This document shows positions 24,936 through 33,996 of a DNA stretch of 35,071 bases, piece by piece. The position numbers were made by a program, and so were the translations under genes. Numbering within the stretch: position 1 is the first letter of the stretch; each line of letters opens with the position of its first letter. Source of the stretch: an uncultured virus (IMG/VR IMGVR_UViG_3300034120_000663) (lineage: Duplodnaviria; Heunggongvirae; Uroviricota; Caudoviricetes); IMG/VR virus record IMGVR_UViG_3300034120_000663; one strand, given 5' to 3'. The notes below the pieces were generated by a model, which saw only the letters and a program-made list of their open reading frames with translations, did no database searches and had not been told where the DNA came from.

Positions 24936-25561
24936 TCCCAGCACCCCACGGGGAGGTTTCGGGACTCAGCACTTGCGATGAGGCTGAGGAACTGGTCATG
25001 CGACAGAGACACATGCCAAGAGTTGACCGACCGATTCGCATCGCTTTCAGAGAGTCCATGACGTTGCAGGACACGCTTGACGTTGCCGATCCTCTCGTTC
25101 AGAGCGTTGCGCTCACGCTCAGCACGGGCGTTTGCCTCTGCCGTGCTGATGAGCCGCTGCTTGACTACGTCAGGGTAGCCACCACCGGCAGTGAGGAACG
25201 ATACGTGATACCAAGTGCTATCCGAACCGGACTCCTTACCATTCCACACCGTCCAGCCTGCTTCGATAAGGCCAGCGATGAAGTGCTGCACCTTCTCCTG
25301 TACCTCAGACCTCGTCTGATGAAGGGGGCCGCAGGTGATGTACACACGGGTGACCTCCATGTAGACAGTCGTAGCCGTGGCCTCGTCCTTTTCGACGGAC
25401 GAGGTGGTGTCCGCTTCGACGTAGATGATGTCTCTATGCTTGGTCATGTACTCGTTCTTCGGGATGTACTTCCAGCCGGATACGCGCTTTGCCAGTGCTG
25501 CGATGGACAGGTTCTGAGCACTGTCCTTGTACTTTGGTGCGGTGGGGAAATCGTATGCCAT
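24932..25561 (-). CDS. hypothetical protein
   Basis: CAAGGAGAACCAC SD; 209 aa. Confidence 0.8.
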   Translation of the reverse strand: MAYDFPTAPKYKDSAQNLSIAALAKRVSGWKYIPKNEYMTKHRDIIYVEADTTSSVEKDEATATTVYMEVTRVYITCGPLHQTRSEVQEKVQHFIAGLIEAGWTVWNGKESGSDSTWYHVSFLTAGGGYPDVVKQRLISTAEANARAERERNALNERIGNVKRVLQRHGLSESDANRSVNSWHVSLSHDQFLSLIASAESRNLPVGCWE

Positions 25562-25588
25562 GAGGTGGTTCTCCTTGTTGTTGGTTGT

Positions 25589-25603
25589 GTCTCATCATGA
25601 GAC
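25589..25603. repeat. palindrome copy 5
   Basis: GTCTCA-TCA-TGAGAC, intergenic. Confidence 0.9.
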
Positions 25604-25610
25604 GGGGGAA

Positions 25611-25641
25611 GGGAGGGGCTACTCCTGTAGCAGCCCCTCCC
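25611..25641 (-). terminator. GC-rich hairpin after the AAA gene
   Basis: GGGAGGGGCT...AGCCCCTCCC 10-bp stem; weak U tail. Confidence 0.5.
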
Positions 25642-25650
25642 AGGTGTCAA

Positions 25651-26841
25651 TCAGAACGGGTCGTCTTCGACAAGCGTCTTTGAGGTGGAACTGAACTCCG
25701 CTTCGATCAGAGCCTTGATCGAACGGTCGACCAAGATACCGTCGACCTTGGTGCGCTCCGCTTCGGTGAACATGCCCGTGAAGATCCACAGGGCCGTGTC
25801 GACTCCGAACGCCATGATGTCCTCACGAAGACGCTGGATGGCCTTGGTGCCCACAGGGGTACTGATGTGACGGAACCGACGAGCCTCTCGCAGAGCCTCA
25901 CCCATCAGCATGAGGGAATCGCTCTTGATCAGAGCCTTCTCCACATCGGTGTCATATCCCCACGGGATATGGCGGAAGCGGTTGGCAAACGCCTCGTTGT
26001 GCTGCCCAGCACCACGGTAACCGGCGTTGTAGGTGCCGAAGACCCAGGCATCCTGGTGCACCTTGGTCTGCTCTGCCAGGAACGCACCGCCCTTGTACGA
26101 AGCCTTCGCACGGTTCACGAACGTGTGACGGTCGTCACAGTACGAGTGCAGCGACGAGGTGACTCGCTCCATCATCATGTTCGTCTCATCGAAGTACACG
26201 ATGCAGGGAACCCAGGTGCCCATCTCCAGCACGCCGGGGAGCCAGACGACACGCTCAGTGCCATCGTCGTCCATCCAGACAGTGGGCTGACCGAACAGGT
26301 CGAAGTCGGTCACGCCTGCACTGCCCGACAGGGTGAACACCGGCAGGGGCTTGTGGTAGCCCATCTTCTTGGCGACGAGGCACGCCATGACTCGCACCAG
26401 CATGGTCTTACCAGACTGAGTGTCGCCCACCAGCATGATGTTGGGCGAGTACCCAGCGTTGTCTCGCATGTCACGCATCTTCATCAGCATGTCGATATCG
26501 GCCATGTTGCCGATCTTGCGGCTGATGTACTCATTGACCAGCGTCTGGCTGGGCCGGTACATGTCCAGCCGCTCGTCCATCGGGTCAGTGATGGGGCTGA
26601 TGTCTACGATCTTCGACAACGGGTTGTTGTGCGGGACAGCAGTGCTGACCGACTTGCCATCGTCGATCAGACGAGGGAGCAGGTACTGGAGCGCACCGTC
26701 GATGCTGACGGGGATCGTGCGCTGATGAGGCGCACCGTCAGGGATGACGATGTTGCTTTCGACCACAGCGTCCTTGCCCTTGTGGGGGCCGCTGATGATC
26801 TTGTACTCGTGACCGACGATGAGGTTGCTTGCCTTTGCCAT
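25651..26841 (-). CDS. MoxR/CbbQ/CobS-like AAA+ ATPase
   Basis: GDTQSGKT, YFDETN, TYNAGYRG, NEAFANRF; KOW-like N-terminus (IISGPHKG). Confidence 0.9.
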   Translation of the reverse strand: MAKASNLIVGHEYKIISGPHKGKDAVVESNIVIPDGAPHQRTIPVSIDGALQYLLPRLIDDGKSVSTAVPHNNPLSKIVDISPITDPMDERLDMYRPSQTLVNEYISRKIGNMADIDMLMKMRDMRDNAGYSPNIMLVGDTQSGKTMLVRVMACLVAKKMGYHKPLPVFTLSGSAGVTDFDLFGQPTVWMDDDGTERVVWLPGVLEMGTWVPCIVYFDETNMMMERVTSSLHSYCDDRHTFVNRAKASYKGGAFLAEQTKVHQDAWVFGTYNAGYRGAGQHNEAFANRFRHIPWGYDTDVEKALIKSDSLMLMGEALREARRFRHISTPVGTKAIQRLREDIMAFGVDTALWIFTGMFTEAERTKVDGILVDRSIKALIEAEFSSTSKTLVEDDPF

Positions 26842-26923
26842 GATGTGGTTCTCCTTGTGTGGCTGTCTTTGACGATTGTAACTGATGGGTACGGGTAATA
26901 ACAACTCAGTATGAGTTATTTGT

Positions 26924-28891
26924 TCACTTGCCGATGAAGTCGGTGATGAGGCTGCTCACGATGGTGGGCATACGGCTGAGATCGTCCAGTGCGAGCGCCT
27001 CTGTGCATGCCTTGCTGAACTGGTCGATGTTGACTCCTTCACCAAACCCGAACAGGAAGATGTGGCGATTCTCCTCTTCCAGCGCCGTCAAGAGGGCGAT
27101 GTCGGTGTATGACCACTGTCCATCGGTCAGTACGAACACCAAGTGATGCCTCTTGTCGTTGCCCTGGTACTGGGCAGCAACTAGTGCATCCTTCGGGCTG
27201 GTTCCTCCGTAAGAGGTCAGTAGGACTGGAGTTGCTTCGTCGTCCTTGCCCCACAGGAGGGTGGCACCGTCGCTCCACAGCACTGTGTTGCACGGGACGT
27301 TGACTTCCCTACAGCCCTTGTGGATGGCATACGCTGCCACCGACAAGTTCGGCATGTGGGAATGCATGCTGCCACTGATATCAAGCAGCACACTCACGGA
27401 GAGGGACGTTGCTTCGTTGCCGTGATCGTCCATGCTGCGGAAGAACTCCCTGCTTCCCGGTTGACGGGTTCGGTACTGGAATGGGTTCACCACTCCTCTC
27501 GTTGACCGCTCAACCCACACCGGGTCTTCATCCGCTGTGACCGTACGGAAGGTCTCGCTGAACGCTGCTGCGAGGATTTCGCTCCGACAATCATCAAGTG
27601 GCAGCAACTTGTCCGTGTTGGCACGGAGGGTGCCGAACGAATCTCGCACCGAACTTGAGAGTTCGATCAGTTCAGACACGAACACGTTGTTGTCGAAGAG
27701 TTCCTTCGATGCGTGGTCATCGGCCTTGGATACCTCAGCGTCCAACTGGCTGTATGCGGAACTGAGGTCTTCCTCGTCGGAGTCATTTCCTGGCGAGTAT
27801 CCGCCACCTTGCTGACCGCTCTGCTCCTGGCTGTCACCGTCGCTGTCACCGTCGCTGTCACCGTCAGCGTCGCTGTCACTATCGTCACCTGCGTCTGCAA
27901 CAACAGAGCGAGCAACAGCCTCGTCCACAGCCTCATCGACACTCTTGCCGCTCTCATGGTTTGAAGTATTCATCTCATAGTGCTGCGGTTTGACGTCTCC
28001 GCCCATCAGATTCATGTGCCCTCCTGTCACCCGGCACATGTGCTCCAAGAGATCGATGGCTGCATCGACCATTTCCTGGGAGGTCTTCGCCCGAATGTAT
28101 GCGTCGATGATGCCCTTGACTTCCTTGGCAGCGTCTTCTCCATACGTCTTCACATACACTTTGCGAGCGGCCTTACGGAGTGACAGCGGAAGATAACGCC
28201 GACCAGCGACGAGGACGTACGACGCTGCTGACATTCCGCAGATGTACTTGGTGACCAGCCTGGTCAGGTACGCACCGATGATGGGTGAATCCTGTACCAG
28301 ACGCATCTCTTGCCGCTGATCCTCAAGAACATTCAAGGGCAGCAGAACATCTGCCCATGTAGGACTGAAGTACCTGTCGTTCTTACTGGCCTCAACTGAG
28401 CGACGACTGAGTTCGCTCTGAATATAGGCCCAGTGCTTGTCGTACAACAGCGTGGGTGGAGTGCTGTACATCACATGACCGACTTCGTGGTACACCGCCG
28501 CCTTGATCATTTCAAGGCAGTTGCGCAGTCCACGCATATCAGTATCGGCACTCACCACAGCCCTATGCAGGTCGTGAACGGGCCAAGACACTTTGATCGA
28601 CTTGAAGTCCGTCATTGCAGACATCGTTTCGGCCGTCGACGGGTCGATGTAGATGGGAACAGTGATACCCCACGAAGCAGCAACTGCCTTCGTGATCGAA
28701 CGCACGCCATGAAGCAGGGCGTACTCCTTGTTGGAGGTACGAGCGGAGTTGGAATCCACCAATTGCTGCATCTCACGCAGACCGTCGCTCTTCTGCTCCA
28801 AGAACGTTTCGGACTCGTCTTTCATGGCTTGGAGTGCTCGCTCCAAGATTCGCTTACGCACTGCTGCTACTGGATCGGCTTTCTTTGGCAT
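26924..28891 (-). CDS. CobT-like HExxH metallopeptidase plus VWA protein
   Basis: HEVGH, NVLEDQRQE, acidic linker, MIDAS DISGSM, GGT, LTDG. Confidence 0.9.
   Translation of the reverse strand: MPKKADPVAAVRKRILERALQAMKDESETFLEQKSDGLREMQQLVDSNSARTSNKEYALLHGVRSITKAVAASWGITVPIYIDPSTAETMSAMTDFKSIKVSWPVHDLHRAVVSADTDMRGLRNCLEMIKAAVYHEVGHVMYSTPPTLLYDKHWAYIQSELSRRSVEASKNDRYFSPTWADVLLPLNVLEDQRQEMRLVQDSPIIGAYLTRLVTKYICGMSAASYVLVAGRRYLPLSLRKAARKVYVKTYGEDAAKEVKGIIDAYIRAKTSQEMVDAAIDLLEHMCRVTGGHMNLMGGDVKPQHYEMNTSNHESGKSVDEAVDEAVARSVVADAGDDSDSDADGDSDGDSDGDSQEQSGQQGGGYSPGNDSDEEDLSSAYSQLDAEVSKADDHASKELFDNNVFVSELIELSSSVRDSFGTLRANTDKLLPLDDCRSEILAAAFSETFRTVTADEDPVWVERSTRGVVNPFQYRTRQPGSREFFRSMDDHGNEATSLSVSVLLDISGSMHSHMPNLSVAAYAIHKGCREVNVPCNTVLWSDGATLLWGKDDEATPVLLTSYGGTSPKDALVAAQYQGNDKRHHLVFVLTDGQWSYTDIALLTALEEENRHIFLFGFGEGVNIDQFSKACTEALALDDLSRMPTIVSSLITDFIGK
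27830..27880. repeat. 12-bp tandem repeat (GCTGTCACCGTC) encoding a DSDG linker
   Basis: About four imperfect units. Confidence 0.7.
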
Positions 28892-28907
28892 GGTTCTCCT
28901 CATTGTC

Positions 28908-28924
28908 TGTCTCATTCTGAGACA
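28908..28924. repeat. palindrome copy 6
   Basis: TGTCTCA-TTC-TGAGACA just upstream of the SD. Confidence 0.9.
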
Positions 28925-28935
28925 CGGGCGATCTG

Positions 28936-29029
28936 ACGACCGATCTCCCCACTGGCGTTCCCAACGCAAGGCCAGTGGGGAGGATGCCACCAAGAGAGAA
29001 AGGTCTCTGGTTCGGTCGTATGGCATCCT
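28936..29029 (-). ncRNA. candidate pseudoknotted RNA element
   Basis: Four complementary pairs in 94 nt, two of them crossing; strand assumed from the flanking genes. Confidence 0.5.
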
Positions 29030-29034
29030 TACGC

Positions 29035-29268
29035 TTAGAGGTAGATGACCTCTTCGATATCACTGATCTTCATCAACGGGCCACGATGGTTGAAGTCGAT
29101 TCCGTCGAAGAAGCGCATACGAACGGTGTCGTGGAGTACGTCGACATCATCGATCACACCTTCGTGCTGCACACCATTCTCGTAGACGAAGCGCACTGCG
29201 TACCCTTTCAGATATTGCAGCACGGCAGCAGGGCCAAGGGCGGAATCCTTGGAGAAGGACAGGATCAT
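29035..29268 (-). CDS. small beta-barrel-like hypothetical protein
   Basis: GGAGGT SD, ATGA overlap. Confidence 0.65.
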   Translation of the reverse strand: MILSFSKDSALGPAAVLQYLKGYAVRFVYENGVQHEGVIDDVDVLHDTVRMRFFDGIDFNHRGPLMKISDIEEVIYL

Positions 29269-29684
29269 GACGCCACCTCCGCATCGTCGTGGTGCATCAG
29301 GTACTCGCTGCGGATGAGTTGCGCGATCTCCGTGAACGTCAACTCACACCCGTCGTTCAGGGTGGTGAGTTCGGTACGACCGCCGTCGTACTCCACAGAC
29401 GGGATAGCAGATGCGATGCCCAGCCATTCGACCACCTCATATGGCAACACGGAGGAAAGTTTAGGGCTGCCGTACCTAACGGCCCACTTCGGTGAAGCCC
29501 ACGGATCAACCTCGTTGACTTCGTGCTTCGTCACGGCACCGTCCTTGTACGCCAGATCACATGCCACACCGAGACAACAGAACAGGTTGTTGTCGCTGTT
29601 ATGCAGGTAGCCGACGCCCTGCTGATATTCGCCGGATTCAAGTGCTTCCACCCAGCGGAGGATGTTGTCCTTGTTGACGCTCAC
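29265..29684 (-). CDS. conserved phage hypothetical protein
   Basis: WVEAL.SGEY.QG...L...FCCLGVAC...LND...F.EIA motif common in phages. Confidence 0.8.
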   Translation of the reverse strand: MSVNKDNILRWVEALESGEYQQGVGYLHNSDNNLFCCLGVACDLAYKDGAVTKHEVNEVDPWASPKWAVRYGSPKLSSVLPYEVVEWLGIASAIPSVEYDGGRTELTTLNDGCELTFTEIAQLIRSEYLMHHDDAEVAS

Positions 29685-30001
29685 GATGCCACCTTCGCCA
29701 TCCGACGCAGACGACGGATCTCTGCGCCCATGTCGGCCACTGCCTTGAACTTCTGGCGGAACTCCGCCTTCTCGTAGAAGGGAAGGTTGGCGAGTGCATC
29801 ACTGCGGCTCTCAGGCCAGCCGATGTACTCCAGCAGGGCATCGTACGACTTGGAGGGCAGGGTCTCAGCGAAGTCGCTGTGCATGACTGTGACACAGCGG
29901 CCTTCGTGGATGTCCACGATGTGATCCAACTCGTTCGCCGCCAGGATGGCACGGCTGAGACGGTCAGCGTCTCGCGGGTCGATGGGCTTGGTGCGCTTCA
30001 T
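29681..30001 (-). CDS. hypothetical protein
   Basis: AAGGAGAACC SD; ends AEIRRLRR. Confidence 0.7.
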   Translation of the reverse strand: MKRTKPIDPRDADRLSRAILAANELDHIVDIHEGRCVTVMHSDFAETLPSKSYDALLEYIGWPESRSDALANLPFYEKAEFRQKFKAVADMGAEIRRLRRMAKVAS

Positions 30002-30077
30002 TGGTTCTCCTTTTCCAGGTGTATGAATGTAGTCGGTATGGATAGTTGATTGCAATTCAGATGGCAGATATTTCTGC

Positions 30078-30566
30078 CTACTTGCAGGCTTCCTTGAAGA
30101 GGCGGTCGCCCAGCCCCATGTCGCCACGCTCGTACGCCTTGGCGCACGCCTCCCACAGCGTCTGTGTCCTACGCAGTTCGTCCTTCTCAGCGAGAACCGA
30201 AGCGTACACATCAGCGTGCGCACCGAACTCTCCCCACTTGTTGATGATTTCATACATCAGGCTGTTCTCATCGGACACCGTGGTCTCAACAGTCGAAGGC
30301 TGGGCGTGATCAGGGGTGAAGGCGTTCTCCGCAAGGATGGCCTCCCAGTGCGAATACGTATAGTTGAAGCGGTACGCATCATCTTCGTAAACGACTGTGT
30401 ATCCAGCAGCCAGCATACGATCGCGCAGTGCCTCAGCGGAGGTGTCTGCTCCGACCACCACATCGGCGTTGTGATCCAACGCCACGACCACCTCAACGTC
30501 TGTCCAGCCGAACTGGTCGATGATGTCGTTGCTGGCCAGCAAGTCATGGATGATTACGGTCTTCAT
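30078..30566 (-). CDS. acidic hypothetical protein
   Basis: CAAGGAGAAC SD. Confidence 0.75.
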   Translation of the reverse strand: MKTVIIHDLLASNDIIDQFGWTDVEVVVALDHNADVVVGADTSAEALRDRMLAAGYTVVYEDDAYRFNYTYSHWEAILAENAFTPDHAQPSTVETTVSDENSLMYEIINKWGEFGAHADVYASVLAEKDELRRTQTLWEACAKAYERGDMGLGDRLFKEACK

Positions 30567-30583
30567 GTTGTTCTCCTTGTGTG

Positions 30584-30895
30584 TCATTGTTCGATTGCAT
30601 TGTTCAGGGCAGTCTGCATCAGCCTCCAGCCACGCTCGGTCAGGATCTCGGGGATGTCTTTGCGCCACTCCCACGAATCAGCCACCAAGTCCCACACTTC
30701 GTCGGGCATCTCGCCGGGTTCTTCGCCAGGAGAAAGAGGCATGGACTCTTGCCATTCCTTCTCCACATCGGCTCGGGTGAACACGGTGCCCGACCAGCCG
30801 AACTGGTAGTGCAACTCCCAGAACACGGTGATAGCCTCGTCCTCGGTCAGACTGCCGATGCACTCCTTGATGGTGTCGAAAGCAATTTCGCTCAT
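30584..30895 (-). CDS. acidic hypothetical protein
   Basis: CAAGGAGAAC SD. Confidence 0.75.
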   Translation of the reverse strand: MSEIAFDTIKECIGSLTEDEAITVFWELHYQFGWSGTVFTRADVEKEWQESMPLSPGEEPGEMPDEVWDLVADSWEWRKDIPEILTERGWRLMQTALNNAIEQ

Positions 30896-30922
30896 GGTTT
30901 GTTCTCCTTGTTGTTGATTCGG

Positions 30923-31303
30923 TCAGCCGTAGACGATCTCTCCGAAGAGACCCAACTGCACGATGCAGTCGGCATCGGAGGCATCGAAGTCCCAGTCGTC
31001 CTCGTTACGAACGACCATCGGGGGCTTCTCACCGCTCCAGCCGATAGCGTTTGCGTTCTTCACCGCCAGCCGATACCCACGGCTGATGGTTTGAGAGTCG
31101 ATACGGTACTTTCCCCCGTCCACCTCGTCTTCGATGACGGCGTAGAAGGTCTCGTAGTCCTCTTTACCGTAACCGTCCGACCAGCGATATATCTCGCAGG
31201 TCGACCAGTAGCCGATGCCGCCCTCCAGAGCGGTGACGAAGATGGAGTGGTACATCTTCCGGTGCTCACTGATCTTCTTCTCGGTGTTGATTTCTCCGGT
31301 CAT
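30923..31303 (-). CDS. conserved phage hypothetical protein
   Basis: TALEGGIGYW...DA.DAD.IVQ.GLFGEIVYG motif; GAGAGGA SD. Confidence 0.8.
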   Translation of the reverse strand: MTGEINTEKKISEHRKMYHSIFVTALEGGIGYWSTCEIYRWSDGYGKEDYETFYAVIEDEVDGGKYRIDSQTISRGYRLAVKNANAIGWSGEKPPMVVRNEDDWDFDASDADCIVQLGLFGEIVYG

Positions 31304-31345
31304 GGTTCCTGTCCTCTCGTTGTCGTTGCGATTCACTATCGACAA

Positions 31346-31382
31346 ACGGTGGCGATGTCTCACCATGAGACACCGCCACCGT
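31346..31382. repeat. palindrome copy 7 (17-bp extended hairpin)
   Basis: ACGGTGGCG-A-TGTCTCA-CCA-TGAGACA-C-CGCCACCGT. Confidence 0.92.
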
Positions 31383-31386
31383 CCTG

Positions 31387-32943
31387 TCACTTGTAGGTGG
31401 CCAGCAGGGCATCCATGATGCTCTTGGCACCCAGGTCGGCATCCTTGCCGTCGATGATGTTGTTGACCACCAACGCCTTCTCATTGAGCAGGTTCCAGAG
31501 GCGGTCGTCGACCGACGACTTGCCGTCGATGCCATCGGCCAGCACGATGGTCGACATGACATCGTTCACCTGGCCGATGCGGTGCAGGCGGTCTTCGACC
31601 TGCTGCAACTGCCCAGGAGTCCAGGGCAGTTCGACCACGATGATGTTGCTGGCAGCGGTGAGCGTGAAGCCCACACCAGCAGCGTCGATGTTGCCGACCA
31701 TCACACGGGCCTTGCCCGACTGGAACGCATCGACAGCGGCCTGCTTCTGCGTAGCGTTCATCGAACCGTCGATGACGACCGGCTGGTGCTTGATCAGCCC
31801 GGTCACCAGCCCGTCGATGACGGCCTTGTGATGACCGACCACGAACACCTGCTCGCCCTCGTCCAGCAGGTCGTTCGCCATGTCGACTGCCGACTTGACC
31901 TTGCCCTTGCCGGTCACCTGACGGAGGACGTTCAGGAGGACGATGGCCTGCGCCACATCCGACAGGTTGTAGTTGTCGTTGCCGGTGCGCTCACGCATGA
32001 ACTGCTCCAGGTTCTTCTCCGCAGCACGAATGGCGATGCGAGCCTCCTGATCAAGGTTCACGGCCACGGTCATGCGGCCCTTGTTCGGGAGGGTCAGCAC
32101 ATCGGCACGAAGACGGCGAATCATCACCCGGCTGGTGAGCATCTTGTGCAGTTCCTTCACGTTGCTGGCACCACGGTAGGTGACACCGAAGCCATTGCTC
32201 TGCGGATCGCAGTAGCGGTGCATGTACTCAGCACGGGTGCGAGCGATGCGGTCGGTGACACGGGCGATGGCGAGCGACCCCCACAGTTCGGAGGGACGGT
32301 TGAGGATGGGCGTGCCGGTGAGAGCGAGGCTCACGGCATCGTCGGCCAGTGCCCGTGCGATGATCTCGCAGGCCCGTGCACGCTGCGCCGGGTGCTGATC
32401 GGCCAAGCCCTTCATGCGGTGGGCCTCGTCCACCACGAACCCCTTCCAGGGGTGCTGGGCGAGGTCTGCGCCGACGTTGCGGCCCGACTTCTCGTCCTTA
32501 CGCATGGCCCAGTAGGCGATGATGCTGTCGGGGACGACCAGCACATCGACGTTGGGCACAGCGGTCACCTTGCGGCCCGTCAAGGTGCCCACGGTGCGGT
32601 GCGGAACCGCACGCTGCACCTCTCGCACCCAGTTGAGCGTGAGCGACGGAGGGCACACGATCAGTGCCGGGTAGGCATCGACTGCCTCCAGGGAACCAAT
32701 GGCGGCGAGGGTCTTGCCGACACCAGGCTCGTCGGCCACGACCAGTCGACGGTGACCGTCCTTGACGGCCTGGATGACGACGTTCTGGTGGGCCATCGGA
32801 GCCAGGCCCAGGCCCAGCCCCTCCACCGGCTCAGCGGTGGGCTTGCTGCTGATGGCGGAGATATCGGGCCAGTCGTTGCCCTTGGTCTCCTTGGCCTTGA
32901 TCTGTTCGGCCTGTGCCTTGACGGCTGCGAAGATGTCGATCAC
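31387..32943 (-). CDS. SNF2-family helicase (SMARCAL1/HARP-like)
   Basis: ADEPGVGKT, VVDEAH, LTGTPILNRP.EL, AAGVGFTLTAA, QVEDRLHRIGQ. Confidence 0.93.
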   Translation of the reverse strand: MIDIFAAVKAQAEQIKAKETKGNDWPDISAISSKPTAEPVEGLGLGLAPMAHQNVVIQAVKDGHRRLVVADEPGVGKTLAAIGSLEAVDAYPALIVCPPSLTLNWVREVQRAVPHRTVGTLTGRKVTAVPNVDVLVVPDSIIAYWAMRKDEKSGRNVGADLAQHPWKGFVVDEAHRMKGLADQHPAQRARACEIIARALADDAVSLALTGTPILNRPSELWGSLAIARVTDRIARTRAEYMHRYCDPQSNGFGVTYRGASNVKELHKMLTSRVMIRRLRADVLTLPNKGRMTVAVNLDQEARIAIRAAEKNLEQFMRERTGNDNYNLSDVAQAIVLLNVLRQVTGKGKVKSAVDMANDLLDEGEQVFVVGHHKAVIDGLVTGLIKHQPVVIDGSMNATQKQAAVDAFQSGKARVMVGNIDAAGVGFTLTAASNIIVVELPWTPGQLQQVEDRLHRIGQVNDVMSTIVLADGIDGKSSVDDRLWNLLNEKALVVNNIIDGKDADLGAKSIMDALLATYK

Positions 32944-32987
32944 GGTAGTGGTTCTCCTGTTGATTCGTGGATTGATGAATGTACACG

Positions 32988-33006
32988 GTGTCTCATCGTG
33001 AGACAC
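32988..33006. repeat. palindrome copy 8
   Basis: GTGTCTCA-TCG-TGAGACAC. Confidence 0.9.
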
Positions 33007-33010
33007 ACAA

Positions 33011-33026
33011 TGTGACGAACGTCACA
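33011..33026 (-). promoter_or_regulatory. palindrome TGTGACGTTCGTCACA (CRP-box-like), copy 2
   Basis: Perfect TGTGA-N6-TCACA overlapping the stop codon. Confidence 0.5.
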
Positions 33027-33942
33027 CCTTGCTGGCGCAATCCGGCCCGATGCCAGCCGCACGGCTGTCCTCGTCGGTCAGGTGGCGACCGCAGCGGCAG
33101 CAGTAGCCCAGTTCCTGGCCGTATCGATATGCGGCGGTGCGGATATCGCTGTCGGTCAGTCGCTTGAGCACTTCGACCGCCTGCTCCAGGCCGACGCCGT
33201 AGTCGGGGTGACCGCCGATGACACGGCAAACACGCACACCGTTCGCCACCCCACGGTGCGAAGTGATGCTCACCGTGAAGAAGTCCAGGTCGTTGTTGCC
33301 GGTGACACTGGGCAGGGCGAACCGCAGCACCGGGTGCTGGTGGTGGCTCATGCCCAGGGCATCGAACGCCTGCCGTGCCAGGCCCACGGCCACGCCGGTC
33401 AGCAGCCGAAGCCGCTCTTCCTCTGCCTTGGCGGCAGCGGCCTGTGCGGCCTCTTCGGCCTGACGCTGCGCCGGGTCGCTGGTGGCGCAGGGCATGCACC
33501 AGGCAGACCACACACCATGAACCTGCACGGCGAGGTCGACACCGGCCACCGTGGGCTTGCTGCACTGGCGGCACTTGCCGCCGAACCGGGTGGTCATCAC
33601 CCGGTCGTGCTGGGGCAGGCCGGGGTACGGCGAGACCACCGGGCCGGTGGGCACCAGCACCTTGCTGGCCATCAGCAGGCCGTTGATCACGACCGATGCG
33701 GCCTGCTTGCTGACTTCAGCCCACGCTTCGCTCAGCACCTTCGGCAGGTCGGTCAGCGTGCCGATGACAGCCTGCGCAGCGGCGAACGACTCAGGGGTCG
33801 ACTGCGCCGCCTTCTCAGTGATATCGGCCACCAATTGCAGGGCGAAGCCGTGCTGCCTGTCAGTGCAGGTGTACTGCACCGGAGCGGCGACGGTCTGCAT
33901 GTTGTAGCGGCCGTAGCGGCCACGGTTGCGGTTGTAGGTCAT
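33022..33942 (-). CDS. DUF6011 zinc-ribbon protein
   Basis: YG...G.C.RCGR.LTD..S...GIGP.C; second Cys motif FGGKCRQC...CMPC. Confidence 0.85.
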   Translation of the reverse strand: MTYNRNRGRYGRYNMQTVAAPVQYTCTDRQHGFALQLVADITEKAAQSTPESFAAAQAVIGTLTDLPKVLSEAWAEVSKQAASVVINGLLMASKVLVPTGPVVSPYPGLPQHDRVMTTRFGGKCRQCSKPTVAGVDLAVQVHGVWSAWCMPCATSDPAQRQAEEAAQAAAAKAEEERLRLLTGVAVGLARQAFDALGMSHHQHPVLRFALPSVTGNNDLDFFTVSITSHRGVANGVRVCRVIGGHPDYGVGLEQAVEVLKRLTDSDIRTAAYRYGQELGYCCRCGRHLTDEDSRAAGIGPDCASKV

Positions 33943-33978
33943 GGTGTGGTTCTCCTTGTCGGTTGCGGATTCACTATC

Positions 33979-33993
33979 GTCTCACAATGAGAC
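33979..33993. repeat. palindrome copy 9
   Basis: GTCTCA-CAA-TGAGAC. Confidence 0.9.
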
Positions 33994-33996
33994 AGG

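Noticed and set aside
25867..26898. 343-aa + strand ORF
   Set aside because: Antisense shadow of the AAA ATPase gene; no motifs.
28933..29001. Hammerhead ribozyme (CTGACGA...GAAA on +)
   Set aside because: The bases flanking the two core motifs do not close stem II.
31582..33990. 477-aa and 302-aa + strand ORFs
   Set aside because: Shadows of high-GC genes (SNF2, DUF6011) on the - strand.
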